From assembly GCA_036676495.1 (NCBI GenBank), contig JAKFCT010000001.1, positions 26,335 to 90,334 of the forward strand: 64,000 nt of DNA, written 5' to 3'. Shown here one piece after another: positions 44,419 to 53,528 of this stretch. Origin of the DNA: Candidatus Sericytochromatia bacterium. GTDB lineage: Bacteria > Cyanobacteriota > Sericytochromatia > S15B-MN24 > UBA4093. The position numbers and the translations under genes are program-made. Position 1 is the stretch's first letter. Each line of letters opens with the position of its first letter. Under the pieces are notes generated by a model. It was not told the DNA's origin. It did not search any database and was given only the letters and a program-made list of their open reading frames with translations.

Positions 44419-45375
44419 TCAGGGCTTTCGGAAGGCTTCCGCTTCGAGGATCCGAGCGGCGTGACGGATCTCCTGGGGCGAGGCGGTCGGGTCGAGATCG
44501 GCCGCGAGCGGTGTGGCGCCGGCGGGGTCCTCGGCGTGGTTGTACCAGCCGAACGGACCGAGGGGGGTGGCGGTCACGGGAGCGCGATCGCCCCCCAGGT
44601 AACTCTCGGTCCGGTGGAGTGCGGCTTCCACCATCGCGAGCAGCTCGCGTCCCGCCCGGAGATAGGCAGGCCCGTCCGAATCGGGGCTCTGACGCGCGAC
44701 CAGGGCCGCGACGGCGTCCCGTTGATGACGCAGGTACTGGCCCATCGCCTCCGGCGCGGAGAGGTCCACGGGCATCCCGCGCGCGATCAGGCGGTCATCG
44801 GAGGCTTGCTGCATGGGGACGTCCCAGAAGAGGGTGCTGGCCAGGGCTTGAAGGCCTTGGGTCGCGGGGCTGCCCGGAGGAAGCTCGCCGCGAGCGGCCT
44901 GATCCCCGAGCCATGCCATCATCGGGCCGTGGGTCCCCGCGCCGAAATAGGCGGCGAAAGGCGCCATGTGATCTCGGAAGCCCTCCGTCTCGGGCCGGGA
45001 AGCGAGTTGCTCCGGGCCCCCGTGCCGGGATCCCGGGGCATAGGGCCAGAAGATCGCGATGGCTTGGTCTCCGGTTTCCATGCGCACCGGCACGCCGGGA
45101 CTCGGCAGGAAACTCAGGCGCCGGGCGAGCGGATCACCCGGGGGTGGGGCCAGCGCGGCGTCCACCGCCTTGGTGGCTGCCTCCAGGCTCGGCAACGTGA
45201 GCGAGCCCGTTCGACTCGCCGCCGAGAAATGGCTCTGCGAAGGCGCCAGGGTGAGGGATTCGGGCTCTGGAGGGGGCGCAGCCGAAGGCTCCGCGCCGCC
45301 GGAAGCAGCCAGCGGGCGGAGCGGGGAAGTCCCGGGTACCGGTCTTCCGCGTTGGATAGACCAATCGTCTGCCAC
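44419..45375 (-). CDS. hypothetical protein with Pro/Ser-rich N-terminus
   Basis: AAGGAG RBS before GTG. Confidence 0.7.
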   Translation of the reverse strand: MADDWSIQRGRPVPGTSPLRPLAASGGAEPSAAPPPEPESLTLAPSQSHFSAASRTGSLTLPSLEAATKAVDAALAPPPGDPLARRLSFLPSPGVPVRMETGDQAIAIFWPYAPGSRHGGPEQLASRPETEGFRDHMAPFAAYFGAGTHGPMMAWLGDQAARGELPPGSPATQGLQALASTLFWDVPMQQASDDRLIARGMPVDLSAPEAMGQYLRHQRDAVAALVARQSPDSDGPAYLRAGRELLAMVEAALHRTESYLGGDRAPVTATPLGPFGWYNHAEDPAGATPLAADLDPTASPQEIRHAARILEAEAFRKP

Positions 45376-45525
45376 GGGAAGCTCCTTCGGATTCGCACCG
45401 AATCCAAGGATCTTTTACCCGCGTCATCCCCGGAGAAGCCGCCAGCAACCGGAATGTAACAATAATTTCACCGAGAGATAGCCGTCCGGGTTGCGCCGGG
45501 TACAAGAAGAGGCAGGGAGGGACGC

Positions 45526-46014
45526 ATGATGTCGGAACCCAGGCCGCCGCGCGCGCAAGATCTCATCCAGAAGGGCCTTTCGCGCCTCTTCCCCGAGAAA
45601 GAGCCGGCGCCGCCCGCTTCCCCCCCCGCGGCCCGAGAGGCCGCAAAGCGTCCGGTCGCAACCCTGGCTGCCGTGGCGCAGCACCGGATCCAGTTCCTCG
45701 ACAACGCCAAGCGGCCGCTTTATCAACTCCCGGCACGTGGGACCACTCCCCTGTCGCGCGACGAGGAGCAAATAGCCCTCGCGCGCTGCCTGGAGGCCCT
45801 GCACGAAGCCAAAGCCGCCGGCACCCTCCTCGGAAAACCGGCTCAAGGTGCCTATCTCGGACGGGATCCCGAGGACGTGATGGGGCAAGCGAGCGCCGAG
45901 GACGTGAAAACCTTCCTGGCGTTCGTGCTGGCGAACCCGCGCAGCTTCATGCAGCGCCCCATCCGCCTCTCCGACGCCTTTCTGGCTTGGTTGGTGGACC
46001 GCGGCGAGCCCTGA
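45526..46014 (+). CDS. hypothetical protein
   Basis: GGGAGG RBS; Pro-rich N-terminus then helical domain. Confidence 0.72.
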   Translation: MMSEPRPPRAQDLIQKGLSRLFPEKEPAPPASPPAAREAAKRPVATLAAVAQHRIQFLDNAKRPLYQLPARGTTPLSRDEEQIALARCLEALHEAKAAGTLLGKPAQGAYLGRDPEDVMGQASAEDVKTFLAFVLANPRSFMQRPIRLSDAFLAWLVDRGEP

Positions 46015-46119
46015 GGACTTCACAAGCGTCTCGCTTCCTGGTTTGATGGAGGGAGGTCCGGCGAGCGCCCGCGGCTATCTCGCTAGCGACACCGGTTTCA
46101 GCCATTACCAGGAGGCAAG

Positions 46120-47031
46120 ATGACGTTCACCCCCTTCATCGCGGTTCACGGCGGCGTGGGAGCCCCCAGGGCCTTCTCGGACGGTTGCGAGGCGGCGACC
46201 GCTCGGGGCATGGAGCTGCTCACTGACGGACAGGACGCCCTCGCAGCGGCGATCGCCGCCGCGGAAGTCCTCGAGGACGACGGCCGCTTCAACGCGGGCT
46301 CCGGCTCGTCCCTGCGCATCGACGGCGTCACCCTCGAAACCGACGCCGCCGTCATGGACTCCACCGGCAAGCTTGGAGCGGTGGCCGCCCTGCAGGGCTT
46401 CAAGAACCCCGTCCGGGTCGCCGAGGCCGTCACCACCACCCCGCACCTCATGCTGGTCGGCGAGGGCGCCCGCGAGTTCGCCCTGAAGCGCGGCTTCGCC
46501 CCCCATCCCGGCCCCGGCCCCCTGGCCCATGAGCGCTACGCCGAGGTCATGAAGGCCATGCGCGAGCACGACTACTCGGATATCCCCGCCTTCTGGCGCA
46601 CCTACGACCTCAAGGCGGACTGGAACTTCGAGCGCCCCTACGACGACGTCTTCGCCATGTGCGATACCATCGGCGCGGTCTCCATGGACGCCCAGGGCCG
46701 CTTCGCGGCCGCCGTCTCCACCGGCGGCTCGGCCCCCATGCTCAAGGGTCGCGTCGGGGACTCGCCACTGCCCGGCTGCGGCTACTACGCCGGCCCCGAA
46801 GGCGCCGTGGTCGCCACCGGCATCGGGGAGGCCATCATCATGAAGATGCTCTCCAAGACGGTCTACGACTGGATCGCCGCCGGCGCCCACCCCCAGGAAG
46901 CCTGCGAACGGGGGATCGCGCTCTTCCCCGACGAGATCCCCGTCGGCCTGATCGCCGTCTCCCGCGAAGGCACGGGCACCCACAACAACCGCGAGATGCC
47001 GACGCACCAGCTCTCGCTCGCGGCACGGTAA
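46120..47031 (+). CDS. iaaA: isoaspartyl peptidase/L-asparaginase
   Basis: VHGG, FNAGSG, DTIGAV, GRVGDSP, TGIGE. Confidence 0.92.
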   Translation: MTFTPFIAVHGGVGAPRAFSDGCEAATARGMELLTDGQDALAAAIAAAEVLEDDGRFNAGSGSSLRIDGVTLETDAAVMDSTGKLGAVAALQGFKNPVRVAEAVTTTPHLMLVGEGAREFALKRGFAPHPGPGPLAHERYAEVMKAMREHDYSDIPAFWRTYDLKADWNFERPYDDVFAMCDTIGAVSMDAQGRFAAAVSTGGSAPMLKGRVGDSPLPGCGYYAGPEGAVVATGIGEAIIMKMLSKTVYDWIAAGAHPQEACERGIALFPDEIPVGLIAVSREGTGTHNNREMPTHQLSLAAR

Positions 47032-47032
47032 C

Positions 47033-47980
47033 ATGCCCCAGTCCGAACGCCCCGTCTGGCCTCCGGTCGCCGTCGTCGGCGCCGGGGCCATCGGGGCGTT
47101 CCTGGCTGCCCGCTTCAGCACCCTCACCGACGTCCTGGTGGTCACCCGCCCCCAGTGGGTGCAGCAGCTCAGCGAATCCGGCCTCGAGCTGAGGGGCTTC
47201 ACGCCCGGCCACTTCATGCCCCGGGTGGGGACCTGGTCTCCCGACCTCGAGCTGCCTCCCTCGGGCTACGTCTTCGTGACCGTCAAGGCCTACCACCTCA
47301 AGGAAGTCCTGACGCTCCTGAAAGCCTACCTCACCCCCGACCACCGGATCGTCCTCTGCCAAAACGGCCTGGGCATCGAAGCGCTGGCCCGCGAAGTCCT
47401 TCCCGACCACGCCCTGATCCGGGCCGCCTGCTGGCTGGGCGTGACCCGCGAAGGCCCCACCCGGGCCCGCGTCACCGGCGTCGGCCACATCGACCTCGCC
47501 GCCGCGGATCCCGCCCGCGCGGAGCTGGGGCCCCTGAAGGGCCTGATCGAAGCCGCCTCCATCCCCGCCCGTCTCGGAAGCAGCATCGCCGAGACCGAGT
47601 GGCGCAAGACCCTCTCCAACATCGGGATCAACCTGATCGGCGCCCTGATGGAGGCCCCCAACGGCGTCATCCTCGAACATGCCGAGCTCACCAAGGTCTC
47701 GCGCATGGTCCTCGAAGAGGCTCGTCAGGTCGCCGCCGCCGAGGGAGTGACCCTCACGGAGGACGACCTCGAGGCCGTCACCTCGCTCATCGCCACCACC
47801 CGCCACAACATCAACTCCACCCTCCAGGACATCCGCCGCGGCAACCGCACCGAGGCCCGCTACCTCAACGGAGCGGTCATCCGTCTCGGACAGGAGCATG
47901 GCATCCCCACGCCGGTCAACGAGACCATCTACCTGCTCCTGCGCGCCGCAGAGAAGATCCGCATCACCCACGGAACCTGA
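47033..47980 (+). CDS. panE: 2-dehydropantoate 2-reductase family
   Basis: GAGAIG, TVKAY, QNG, WRK, STLQD, TE..YLNG. Confidence 0.88.
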   Translation: MPQSERPVWPPVAVVGAGAIGAFLAARFSTLTDVLVVTRPQWVQQLSESGLELRGFTPGHFMPRVGTWSPDLELPPSGYVFVTVKAYHLKEVLTLLKAYLTPDHRIVLCQNGLGIEALAREVLPDHALIRAACWLGVTREGPTRARVTGVGHIDLAAADPARAELGPLKGLIEAASIPARLGSSIAETEWRKTLSNIGINLIGALMEAPNGVILEHAELTKVSRMVLEEARQVAAAEGVTLTEDDLEAVTSLIATTRHNINSTLQDIRRGNRTEARYLNGAVIRLGQEHGIPTPVNETIYLLLRAAEKIRITHGT

Positions 47981-48073
47981 TCCTCCGGCAGCCCCGACTC
48001 CCGAACGCTCGCTCCCTTCTCAGGCCAAGGCCCGCATGGTAGGGTGAAAAGGAAGCGACTGCGAGGAGGAGCC

Positions 48074-48577
48074 ATGCGGATCGGAATTCTGACGCTCAGC
48101 GACACCCGGGCCTCGGCAAGCGACGAGAGCGGGGAGCTCGTCGCGCGGCTCCTCGCTCCCCTGGGAGCCGAGCGCGTGCGCTACGCCATCCTCGCCGACG
48201 AGGCCGACGCCATCTCCGAGACGCTGGAGCGCTGGGTCGACGAGGATGACCTCGCCCTGATCGTGACCACGGGCGGAACGGGGATCGGCCCCCGGGACGT
48301 GACCCCGGAAGCCACCCGGCGCGTGATCCGCTACGAGATCCCCGGCATGGCCGAGGGGATGCGCGCGGCGGGGATGACCAAGACCCCGCTGGCCATGCTC
48401 AGCCGCGGCCTGGTGGGCGTGCGCAGGCAAACCCTGATCGTCAACTTGCCCGGCAGCCCGAAAGGCGTGCGCGAAAGCCTCGACGCCCTCCTTCCCGTGC
48501 TGCCGCATGCCCTGGACTTGCTGCGCGGCCGAACCGGCCAGCACGAGCAGCCCCGCGATGCCGCCCGGAGAGGATGA
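48074..48577 (+). CDS. mog: molybdopterin adenylyltransferase (MogA/MoaB)
   Basis: LTLSD, TTGGTG, DVTPEA, NLPGSPK. Confidence 0.9.
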   Translation: MRIGILTLSDTRASASDESGELVARLLAPLGAERVRYAILADEADAISETLERWVDEDDLALIVTTGGTGIGPRDVTPEATRRVIRYEIPGMAEGMRAAGMTKTPLAMLSRGLVGVRRQTLIVNLPGSPKGVRESLDALLPVLPHALDLLRGRTGQHEQPRDAARRG

Positions 48578-48581
48578 GCCC

Positions 48582-49058
48582 ATGAACCCTTTGACGCATT
48601 TCGACGCCTCCGGAACCCCGCGCATGGTGGACGTCAGCGGCAAAGCCGTGACCGCCCGGGAGGCGATCGCCGCCGGTACCGTCCTCATGAGCCCCGAGAC
48701 CCTGGAAACCATTCGTCAGGGCCGAAACGCCAAAGGTGACGTTCTGGCGGTGGCCCAGGTGGCCGCGATCATGGGCACCAAGAAGACCGCTGATCTCATC
48801 CCCATGTGCCATCCGCTGGGGATCGACGGCGTCGAAGTCCAGCTTGAGCTGGCCGAGGACCCGCCCCGGGTGGATATCCAGGTGACGGTCCGGGTGGAAG
48901 GGCGTACCGGGGTGGAAATGGAAGCGCTCACGGGCGTCACCGCCGCCGCGCTGACCATCTACGACATGTGCAAGGCCGCCGACCGGGGCATGACCCTTTC
49001 GGAGATTCGGCTGCTTTCCAAGACCGGCGGCAAGAGCGGCACCTGGACGCGGGACTAG
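48582..49058 (+). CDS. moaC: cyclic pyranopterin monophosphate synthase
   Basis: LTH, MVDV, LIPMCHP, GVEMEAL, YDMCKA, KTGGKSG. Confidence 0.96.
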   Translation: MNPLTHFDASGTPRMVDVSGKAVTAREAIAAGTVLMSPETLETIRQGRNAKGDVLAVAQVAAIMGTKKTADLIPMCHPLGIDGVEVQLELAEDPPRVDIQVTVRVEGRTGVEMEALTGVTAAALTIYDMCKAADRGMTLSEIRLLSKTGGKSGTWTRD

Positions 49059-50104
49059 TCCTGCGCTTCGAGCGGGTAGATGGCCGAGCGGGGAATCCGT
49101 AGCTCGATGCTCATGCCCGCGGCCAGCTCGCGCGGCGCTCCGTCCCTGAACGCGAGGCTCGCCTCGAGAGTTCCCGCTCCCGCCACTTCCGCCCGGACCC
49201 AGTGGCCTTGAACCGTCGGGCGAAAGTCCCGGACGATCGCCTCCACCCGGTTGTTTCCCTCGTCCTCGGGCGCGGCCCAGCAGACCCTCTCGGCGGCGAT
49301 GCCCCAGGAGGCGTAGGTCGCGCCGGGCGTCACCTCGAGCTCCCAGGGGCCCCATTTCACACGATCCGCGGCGAGCTGCCGCGAGGTGAAGCGGTTGCGC
49401 AGGCCCAGCAACTCGGCCGCCCGGCTCGTACCCGGGCGCTCGAAGAGGGCGCGGGAGGCTCCCCGAGCAATCACGCGCCCCTGATCCATGAGCAATAGCG
49501 AATCGGCCACGCGGCAGGCCTCGTCGCGATCATGCGTCACCCAGAGCACCGGGATGCCCAGCTCTTGGAGCATCGGCAAGAAGAAGTCCACGAGCCGATC
49601 GCGAAGCGGAGCGTCGAGCGCCGAGAACGGCTCGTCCATCAAGAGCAGGGACGGATCGGCCGCCAGGGCTCTCGCGAGGGCCACGCGCTGCTGCTGCCCC
49701 GCGGAGAGCTGACTAGGCATGCGCTCGGCGAGGTCCCCCAGCTCGAAGCGCATGAGCAACTCGGAAACCCGACCGGCATCCGCCCCCGCGTAAGCGACGT
49801 TGGCGCGCACGGTCATCCGAGGGAAAAGCGCAAAGTCGTTGAAGACAAGCCCCACCTTCCGGAGCTGCGGCGCGCGATGAATCCGCCCTTCCGCCTCGAA
49901 CCAGGTCTCCGGGCCGAAGCGGATCAGGCCCTGATCCGGCCGTTCCAGGCCCGCCAGACAGCGCAGCAAGGTCGTCTTCCCCGACCCCGACGGCCCCAGG
50001 AGAACCGTGCAGCCGGATTCCAGGCGAAGATCGACGTCGAGCGCAAAGCCCGCCGTGCCATCGCGAGGCCCGAGCCGCTTGCAAAACGCGGCCGTCAACG
50101 CCAT
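49055..50104 (-). CDS. modC: molybdate ABC transporter ATPase
   Basis: GPSGSGKT, LSAGQQQR, MDEPFSALD; downstream of modB. Confidence 0.9.
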   Translation of the reverse strand: MALTAAFCKRLGPRDGTAGFALDVDLRLESGCTVLLGPSGSGKTTLLRCLAGLERPDQGLIRFGPETWFEAEGRIHRAPQLRKVGLVFNDFALFPRMTVRANVAYAGADAGRVSELLMRFELGDLAERMPSQLSAGQQQRVALARALAADPSLLLMDEPFSALDAPLRDRLVDFFLPMLQELGIPVLWVTHDRDEACRVADSLLLMDQGRVIARGASRALFERPGTSRAAELLGLRNRFTSRQLAADRVKWGPWELEVTPGATYASWGIAAERVCWAAPEDEGNNRVEAIVRDFRPTVQGHWVRAEVAGAGTLEASLAFRDGAPRELAAGMSIELRIPRSAIYPLEAQD

Positions 50105-50757
50105 CGGAGGCTCCGGGAGTCGAAGACGTAGAGCAAGGCGAGCACGGCGTAAGAGCAGCAAAGGAGGAGGAGCGCCAGCCTGCCGGCCTCGCCGTAGTCG
50201 AGCGCCTCGACCAGGTCGTAGATGGCGATGCTCACCGTCCGGGTCTCGCCGGGGATGCTGCCCCCGAGCATCAGGACGATGCCGAACTCCCCGAGCGTAT
50301 GCGCGAAGGTGAGGATGATCGCCGCGATGAGGCCGGGCCGGCAGGTGGGAAGCAGCACCCGGAAGAACGTCGCGAGGCGCGAGGCGCCAAGCGTCCACGA
50401 GGCCTCCAGGAGGCGGGGATTGATGCCCCTGAAAGAGGCCTGCAACGGCTGCACCGCGAAAGGCAGGCTGTAGACCAAAGAGCCCATCACCAGCGCCGGG
50501 AAGCTGAACAAGAGCCGCTCCCGAAACAACCCCTCCCAAGCTCCTCCGAGCAGCGACTCCGGCCCCAGCCCTTGAAGGAGGTAGAAGCCGAGCACGGTCG
50601 GCGGCAAGACCAGGGGCAGGGCCACGATGGCCTCCACCCACGGCCGGAAGCGACCGCGCGTGAACGAGAGCCAGTAAGCCAAGGGAAGCGCCAGCGGGAT
50701 CAGGAGAGCCGTAGTGACGGCCGAGAGCTTGAGGGAGAGCCAGAGCGGATCGGTCAC
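50095..50757 (-). CDS. modB: molybdate ABC transporter permease
   Basis: LPLVLPPTVLG, LGEFG. Confidence 0.95.
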   Translation of the reverse strand: MTDPLWLSLKLSAVTTALLIPLALPLAYWLSFTRGRFRPWVEAIVALPLVLPPTVLGFYLLQGLGPESLLGGAWEGLFRERLLFSFPALVMGSLVYSLPFAVQPLQASFRGINPRLLEASWTLGASRLATFFRVLLPTCRPGLIAAIILTFAHTLGEFGIVLMLGGSIPGETRTVSIAIYDLVEALDYGEAGRLALLLLCCSYAVLALLYVFDSRSLRWR

Positions 50758-51542
50758 CGGGGAGGCTCCATGCCGAACCGGCGCAGGATGGCCTGGCCCT
50801 CCGGGCCGGTGCAGAAATCCAGGAAGGCCTTCGCCTCGGACTTTTCCCGGGCTTGATTCAAGACCAGGGCCTCGGCGAACAACGGCGGATGCAACTTCTC
50901 CGGAACCAGCCAGAAGCGCCCCTCATCGCTGAGGCGCGGGGAACGCGCGAGGCTGAGCGGCAACAGGCCGACTTCGGCCCCTCCCGTCGAGACGAAATGC
51001 GCGGCCTGGGAGGCATTCTCGCCGTAGACGAGCTTGGAAGTCACGGCATCACCGGCTTTGGAGGTTTCGAGCGCCGCCTGTGCGGCCTGACCGTAAGGCG
51101 CGAGCTTCGGGTTGGCGATCGCCACCTTCCGAACCCGCGGCTCCGAGAGCACGTCGAGCCCCCGCGTCGGATCGACGGGCGATCGCCGAGGCGCCCAGAG
51201 CACGAGCCTTCCCTTGGCATAGCGCCGACGGAACGAGCCCTTTCCCTCGGCCTCCAGCTTCTCCGGGAAGACCGCGTCCGCCGCCATGAAGACGTCATAG
51301 GGGGCACCGCGACGGATCTGATGATAAAGTCTTGCCGACGACCCGAACGTCGATACGATCCGGACGCCATGCTGGCGCTCGAACGCGCTGCCCAAGCTCG
51401 CCATCACGTCCTGCATGCTGGAGGCGGCCGCCACCCTCAGCTCCGCGGCCGAAACCGGCATGGCCAACAGGAGGCCGAGCAACACGGCTCCCCCGATCGC
51501 CGGAAGGCTGAAGGATCGCGCGGGGCAGCGGCGCTCACGCAT
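50754..51542 (-). CDS. modA: molybdate-binding protein
   Basis: AAASS, GSS, APYDVF, APYG, GEN. Confidence 0.94.
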   Translation of the reverse strand: MRERRCPARSFSLPAIGGAVLLGLLLAMPVSAAELRVAAASSMQDVMASLGSAFERQHGVRIVSTFGSSARLYHQIRRGAPYDVFMAADAVFPEKLEAEGKGSFRRRYAKGRLVLWAPRRSPVDPTRGLDVLSEPRVRKVAIANPKLAPYGQAAQAALETSKAGDAVTSKLVYGENASQAAHFVSTGGAEVGLLPLSLARSPRLSDEGRFWLVPEKLHPPLFAEALVLNQAREKSEAKAFLDFCTGPEGQAILRRFGMEPPR

Positions 51543-51954
51543 GGGCCGCGCAGCCCTCGACCCAGTCCTCTCCCCCGACGAAGGTCTCTTTCTTCCAGAT
51601 CGGCACGTCGGCCTTGATGCTGTCGATCCCGTGGCGGCACGCCTCGAACGCGACGTCCCGATGCGCCGCGGAGACTCCCACGAAGACCGCGGCCTCCCCG
51701 ATGGCCAGCGTCCCCACCCGGTGAATGAGCACCACCCGGTAGAGCGGCCAGCGTGCGATCATCTCCTCGGCCAGGGCCTCCATGCGCGCCTGGGCCATCT
51801 CGAGGTAGGCCTCGTAGGTCAGCGAGACGACCTGGCGACCGTGGTTATGATTGCGAACCGTTCCTGCAAAGGTGACGATGCCGCCCGCCTCGGGATGATG
51901 AAGCAGGGCCTCGGCGGCGCAGAGGTCGATGGGCTCGGAGGTGATGGCGATCAT
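51535..51954 (-). CDS. moaE: molybdopterin synthase catalytic subunit
   Basis: FAGTVR, YEAY, HRVG, AHR, PIWKKE. Confidence 0.95.
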   Translation of the reverse strand: MIAITSEPIDLCAAEALLHHPEAGGIVTFAGTVRNHNHGRQVVSLTYEAYLEMAQARMEALAEEMIARWPLYRVVLIHRVGTLAIGEAAVFVGVSAAHRDVAFEACRHGIDSIKADVPIWKKETFVGGEDWVEGCAAHA

Positions 51955-51955
51955 G

Positions 51956-52201
51956 CTAGCCCCCGCTCACGGGAGGAATCAGAGCGACCTCCTGGCCCTC
52001 GGCCAGGAGGTGATCGTCCGCCACGAACTGGAGGTTGGCGGCAACCCGAGAGGTGGAGAGATGAGGAGCCAGCGCGGGAAACTCCCTGGCGATGGCCGTT
52101 CGAAGGGCGGCGACCGACGATCCCGCTTCCAGGCGGACCTGGATGCGATCGGCCTGCCCGGCTTCCCGCAGCATGGCGAAGAGACGAACTTCCAGCAGCA
52201 T
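51956..52201 (-). CDS. moaD: molybdopterin synthase sulfur carrier
   Basis: LFAMLRE...IPPVSGG C-terminus. Confidence 0.95.
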   Translation of the reverse strand: MLLEVRLFAMLREAGQADRIQVRLEAGSSVAALRTAIAREFPALAPHLSTSRVAANLQFVADDHLLAEGQEVALIPPVSGG

Positions 52202-52255
52202 GAAACCTCCTGATGTTCGAACGAAGCGTTCCCCATTATACCTGCCTGCCAGGGG

Positions 52256-53419
52256 CTAAGCCAGCGGCGGGACCCCGCGCGTCAGGCGATCCAGCGAGCG
52301 CGCGCCTCCTCGCAGGCTCCAGACTCCTGGCATGCCCGCCCCGCGGAGCAGCTTGGCGGCATGCCGGCTGACCTCTCCGTACTCGCAGACCAAGATGTAG
52401 CGTTCCGCGGTCGGCAACGTCCCGAGCTCGTCCATCAGGCGCGCCATGGGGAGGTGCCGGCTGCCGGGGATCGCCTCAGCGGGGGGCCGGTCGCGCAGAT
52501 CGAGGAAGGTCACCGCTCCGAGTTCCGGCAGATCCTGCGGGGCAATCTCGAGGTCCGTCTCCGCCGGCTCACCGGTCTCCGGATGGCCAGCTCGGCGATC
52601 GCAGGCCTCCGGTTCAAGACTCCTCGGATCCGAGTCCTCGGCGGACGCACGGGAGAGCGCGGCTGACGATCCGCAGCGCGGGCATGCGGGATCGGAGGCC
52701 ATCCCGATCTCGGTGAACTGCATGCCGAGGGCCTCCACGATGAGCAGCCGCCCCGCGAGGCTCCGGCCGATCCCGAGCAGGAGCTTGAGGGCTTCCGTGG
52801 CCTGCATAACACCCAGCAGGCCGGGCAGGACCCCGAGCACTCCGGCGTCCCCGCAGCGCGTGACGGTCTCCGGGGGAACGGGACAGAGACAGCGGTAGCA
52901 GGGGCTCTCGCCGGGAGCGAAGACCGTGATCTGGCCTTCATGGCGGTAGACACTCGCATGCACCACCGGGATCCCGAGACGCCAGGCGGCATCCGTGAGG
53001 GCAAAGCGGGCGGCGAAGTTGTCGGTGGCGTCCGCGACCAGATCGTAACCCGCCAGGAGGCGCTCGGCGTTCACAGGTCCCAGCTCCTCTTCGTGGCCCA
53101 GGACCGTGATCTCGGGGTTCAAGGCTTCCAGACGGGCTTTGGCGGCCCAGACCTTGGGGCGATCGGCGTCCGGGGTCGCATAGAGGATCTGGCGCTGCAA
53201 GTTGGAGAGGGAAACCGCATCGGCGTCGACCAGGCCCAAGGTCCCGACTCCCGCTGCCGCCAGATAGGCGGCAAGGGGAGATCCCAGGCCCCCGACGCCC
53301 ACGATTAGCACCTTGGCGGTTTTCAAGCGCTCCTGACCCAGGACGCCCAGCTCGGGAAGGCTGAGTTGACGGGCATATCGCTCGCATTCCGACGCCGAAA
53401 GCGTGCGGGGGACAGGCAT
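52256..53419 (-). CDS. moeB: MoeB/MoeZ adenylyltransferase with C-terminal rhodanese
   Basis: RYARQ, GVGGLG, SNLQRQ, CYRC, CPRC; AAGGAGG RBS before ATG 53419. Confidence 0.92.
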   Translation of the reverse strand: MPVPRTLSASECERYARQLSLPELGVLGQERLKTAKVLIVGVGGLGSPLAAYLAAAGVGTLGLVDADAVSLSNLQRQILYATPDADRPKVWAAKARLEALNPEITVLGHEEELGPVNAERLLAGYDLVADATDNFAARFALTDAAWRLGIPVVHASVYRHEGQITVFAPGESPCYRCLCPVPPETVTRCGDAGVLGVLPGLLGVMQATEALKLLLGIGRSLAGRLLIVEALGMQFTEIGMASDPACPRCGSSAALSRASAEDSDPRSLEPEACDRRAGHPETGEPAETDLEIAPQDLPELGAVTFLDLRDRPPAEAIPGSRHLPMARLMDELGTLPTAERYILVCEYGEVSRHAAKLLRGAGMPGVWSLRGGARSLDRLTRGVPPLA

Positions 53420-53528
53420 TGGGACTCCTCCTTGTGAACGAGTGCTCGTAAAGCGCCTCACCGTTCCCATTATAAGGTAGAATGTCGGTTGACTGTCTCC
53501 CCGACGCGCTTCCCGGGAGGTTTGACCG

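Noticed and set aside
49055-50641. N-terminal extensions given by the ORF track for modC (also pepP, moeB, moaA, carboxylase)
   Set aside because: They overlap neighbouring genes; downstream starts match family N-termini and mostly have an RBS or translational coupling
53420-53528. Moco riboswitch in the moeB/moeA spacer
   Set aside because: Region is short, filled by divergent -10 boxes and RBSs, and shows no consensus
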